The notes below the pieces were generated by a model that worked only from the letters and a program-made list of their open reading frames with translations, did no database searches and was not told the DNA's origin. From contig CAXXSL010000016.1 of assembly GCA_963675525.2 (NCBI GenBank), forward strand, positions 896,001-960,000: 64,000 bases of DNA. The letters are read 5' to 3'. Numbering within the stretch: position 1 is the first letter of the stretch; each line of letters begins with the position of its first letter. The position numbers were made by a program, and so were the translations under genes. This DNA comes from Anaerohalosphaeraceae bacterium. Lineage in GTDB: Bacteria; Planctomycetota; Phycisphaerae; Sedimentisphaerales; Anaerohalosphaeraceae. This document shows, piece by piece, positions 61,140 through 64,000 of the stretch.

Positions 61140-62519
61140 TGAATTGACCCTCGGCGATAGAAGGAACATCTGGGATTAAGCCGTGCACCGGCCGGTGATA
61201 TAACCCAGGAAAATACGCAACACATTCCTTGGTTTTCATTTTTCCAATATAGTCCGCTTGTTCTCGTGTCAGATTCATGGCAGCCATGACTTCGTTGTAG
61301 TTTTGGGTGTCCCGCAGGCCGCCTACAATTATCCAGTTGGTACAAAGCTGCTTAACGTCATCATAAATGGGTTGAACCAATTGGTCGGCGAAGATTAGAC
61401 CGGTTCCCGACCCCCTCAATTTAGACAAAATATGCCCCCAATAACTTGTTTTGGGGGCCGAACCGAAAGCATTATCAGGACGATTGATAAATGCACTGCT
61501 GTCGTCAATAAAAACCAGCCGCGTAAGACTGGCATACTCCAAACAGTGATATGAAGCCTGCAATAAATAATTTAATAGATAAAAAGCCAGAAATCGGCAT
61601 TGAATCATACTTAAATAGCAGCACTCAATGATATATCGTCCAGTTAAAATGTCCTGTAATGGAAGCCCTTTTCGTGTGGAAAACATATCATTGAAACCCA
61701 TAATCAACTTAAGTGCAGTCTTGCAGCTTAAAATATAGTCCCGCTTGAAATCTGTAAGCGTAACAAAGTCCAATGCATGATATACATCCATCAAAGAAAG
61801 GGATGTATCTCCTTGTGTTTTTTCGATATATATTTCTCGCTGTTGGAGGGCAATTCTGGCAGCCTCGATGAATGGCACAACACCATACTGAAGCCCTGTA
61901 ATCATTGCCAAACCATCCAAAACAGAAAATATCCAATCGTACCAGGGAATGCCATGAGGAGGCTCCAGGTCGATATAAAAAGGCGGGGAGATCACCTTAG
62001 CGTTCAATCTGACGGCTCTGTACCGCCAGATGTTCTTGATGTCCAAGATTAAAATAGGCAGCAACATCATTTGTGATAACCAGTAAAAGATTGCCGAGGA
62101 TTTCCCTCCCTTAGGCCGGCCAAGGACTAACGTGTTAAGCTGAAACTCATCAATACTGGGTTTCATCTGGATAATATTTTCGCTTGTATCTGGTCGCATA
62201 TATGAATACCCTGGTTATTCATTGAGATTTGTTCAACGGTTGCATATGGCATGAATGGATCGTCTGACTCTGCATATGAAACTTTGTATCTTTCAATCAT
62301 ACTACGCAGTTGCACAACTGCTCGCTGGCTGCCTATTGCAGTACCTCTCTTTGCGATTCTGTACAACTTTTGGACTTCATGGGTTTCCCATATATTAATT
62401 GCTATTAAGTCTACTTTTAGCTGCTCCAATTCGGGATCATATCGCATAGACTTAAAGCGGGATGCCCGACCATTAGGATCGGGGTTCTGAAAGTTATATT
62501 GTTCTTGAAAGATTACCAT
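61132..62519 (-). CDS. HerA/VirB4/FtsK-like P-loop ATPase (split near 62180)
   Basis: GRPKGGKS Walker A, ILDIK, VFIDDS Walker B, LRGSG.GLIFADQ; the upstream ORF 62163-62519 overlaps and is probably its N-terminus. Confidence 0.72.
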
Positions 62520-62522
62520 ATA

Positions 62523-63033
62523 TTATCCAAAAAGATTTCTTAACAACTTAATTAGACCGCTTTCATGAGTAAGCTCTTCGTAACAACGCGGGCATAGTGG
62601 GACAACTCGACCGGTTACTTCTTGAAAGAGTTTTGTATGCCGAGCACAGAGCCGTTGAGTGAAACATTTAAAACAAAAACTCGCGCAGTTTTTGCAGAAA
62701 TGTGCATACTCCTCGGCTTGACGTTTGATGATATTTCCCTGATTGAATAATTCAATTACTTCTAAAGAGCACCAATCGCATGTTCCACCAATCTCTTGGA
62801 TGGAGAACATCATATGATTGCATCCCCCCCTTAATTCCCTGCGGCTGATTAAGTTCGATCCGCTCATCACTAACAGTTTCGATGACTCTAGCAATATTTC
62901 CGATATTAAGTTGAGTTGTTCCAGGTATCGGTGTCATATCAAGGACGGTATCAAGAGCTTGCCAGTTTGGGGGCAAGTTGAAGATATTTGGCTGCTGAGA
63001 CCTGTTAAGATGGTCAGGCAGAATAGGACTCAC
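62523..63033 (-). CDS. Cys/His-rich zinc-finger protein (probably one gene split at G7 run 62824-62830)
   Basis: Removing one G joins ORF 62752-63033 to CNH..CDWC..HFCKNC..CFKC..CARH..CPRC. Confidence 0.6.
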
Positions 63034-63104
63034 TTCAACACGAGTTAGATTTTCAGGTTTTTTTTGTGAAGAATTTTTTCAATATCTGAAACATAAAAAA
63101 TCAT

Positions 63105-63827
63105 TTATTCACATAGTTTAAACATTTGCCCACATTTCAAGCACTTTGCTTGAAAGTCGCTGATGGCAACTCGGACGTGAACTGGCCGGGGTTTACATTG
63201 GCAAATCCAGAGCCTGAGTTTTGATTTACTAGGTTTTGCAGGAGATTCTGGTATCGCTTGTGATGGCGGTAAATGTCCCTCTGGTTTTATATCGTATTTC
63301 TCAAGTAAATCCCAAAATGGTGAGGGAACTGGGCTATATTGCGTATATCCGGAGGGTGAGACAATTAATCCAAATGTTTCTGCACGATCTCTAAAGGGCT
63401 TAGTGTGATAATTACGGCTGCCAGGTTTTCCTGTCTGTTCCTGTTCTGCATGTAGCAACTCATGTAACAACGTTCCAAGAATTTCCCAATATTCTTGTTG
63501 ATGAAGGTATATCTCGTTAATTGCAATTTCGTTGCGAAGGCCAAATCCATTTCGACCATGCGTATATCGCCCATACCAATTGTGATTGATATCGTCAATC
63601 ATTATTGCCGGCGTAGTCGTTTTGAGTTTAAACTCAAAAATGAATCTTTCGGCCCACAAATGCAAGTCTTTTACTAGTGAATTATGATCCCAGTCTTCTG
63701 TGGAAATCTGGTGATGCATTAATTCTTTGTTAATACTTTCGGGCGAAATCTTATCATTTGTATTAAATTCTAATGAACTGTCATAGCCGATTGGATTAAC
63801 GGATTTCATTTTAATTTCTTCCTGCAT
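63105..63827 (-). CDS. SprT-like zinc metalloprotease
   Basis: TLLHELLH, YH...F; C-terminal CQC..CLKC zinc ribbon. Confidence 0.85.
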   Translation of the reverse strand: MQEEIKMKSVNPIGYDSSLEFNTNDKISPESINKELMHHQISTEDWDHNSLVKDLHLWAERFIFEFKLKTTTPAIMIDDINHNWYGRYTHGRNGFGLRNEIAINEIYLHQQEYWEILGTLLHELLHAEQEQTGKPGSRNYHTKPFRDRAETFGLIVSPSGYTQYSPVPSPFWDLLEKYDIKPEGHLPPSQAIPESPAKPSKSKLRLWICQCKPRPVHVRVAISDFQAKCLKCGQMFKLCE

Positions 63828-64000
63828 TTGTTTACTCCGATATATTCATCTCCGTGTATGGAAGGTTTGGACGCGAGTTGACGTGTTATGTCGTGTTCGA
63901 TTTTTTATTTTTATAATATTTCAGCATGTTTTTCTTAGCTCGTCTGAGCCGATCACTGACTGCGCTTCGCTCAATCCCAAGTATTTTGGCAATTTCCTCC

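Larger units (their letters stand above)
53317..64000 (-). mobile_element. Integrative element / genomic island at tRNA-Phe, extending beyond the window
   Basis: Integrase ends 16 bp from the tRNA 3' end; xis-like gene and primase follow; visibly AT-richer; all genes co-oriented. Confidence 0.88.

Overview
Bacterial chromosome segment whose gene repertoire points to a planctomycete, probably Phycisphaerae-like (inference from DUF1559-like anti-sigma, dockerin-tailed beta-helix protein and homodimeric GlyRS). About 1-53.2 kb is mostly housekeeping and stress genes: a deacetylase/2x ATP-grasp/GNAT operon, GAF-PP2C, cmk, plsC, bamD-lptE-ftsH, hsp20-degP, fur-katG, dnaA, a prolyl oligopeptidase, dtd, a TRAP transporter with USP, queG, ileS, asnS, glyQS and an ECF sigma/anti-sigma pair. 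From tRNA-Phe (53244-53316) to the window end lies an AT-rich integrated element, all on the minus strand. It encodes a tyrosine integrase, an excisionase-like protein, a fused primase, small membrane proteins, a P-loop ATPase, a Cys-rich protein and a SprT protease. Its cargo is a bacterial ubiquitin-like conjugation module: a tiny candidate modifier ending KGQ, a Ser-type E2, a JAB-E1 fusion and a second, apparently inactive E2-like protein. Other signals read directly from the DNA are an Ile-rich leader-peptide attenuator 4 kb upstream of ileS, a remnant of a monofunctional catalase behind katG, and a decayed duplicate of the dtd 3' end. Several single-base frameshifts (ftsH, dnaA and others) are probably assembly errors. 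All family calls are from motif recognition, not database searches.
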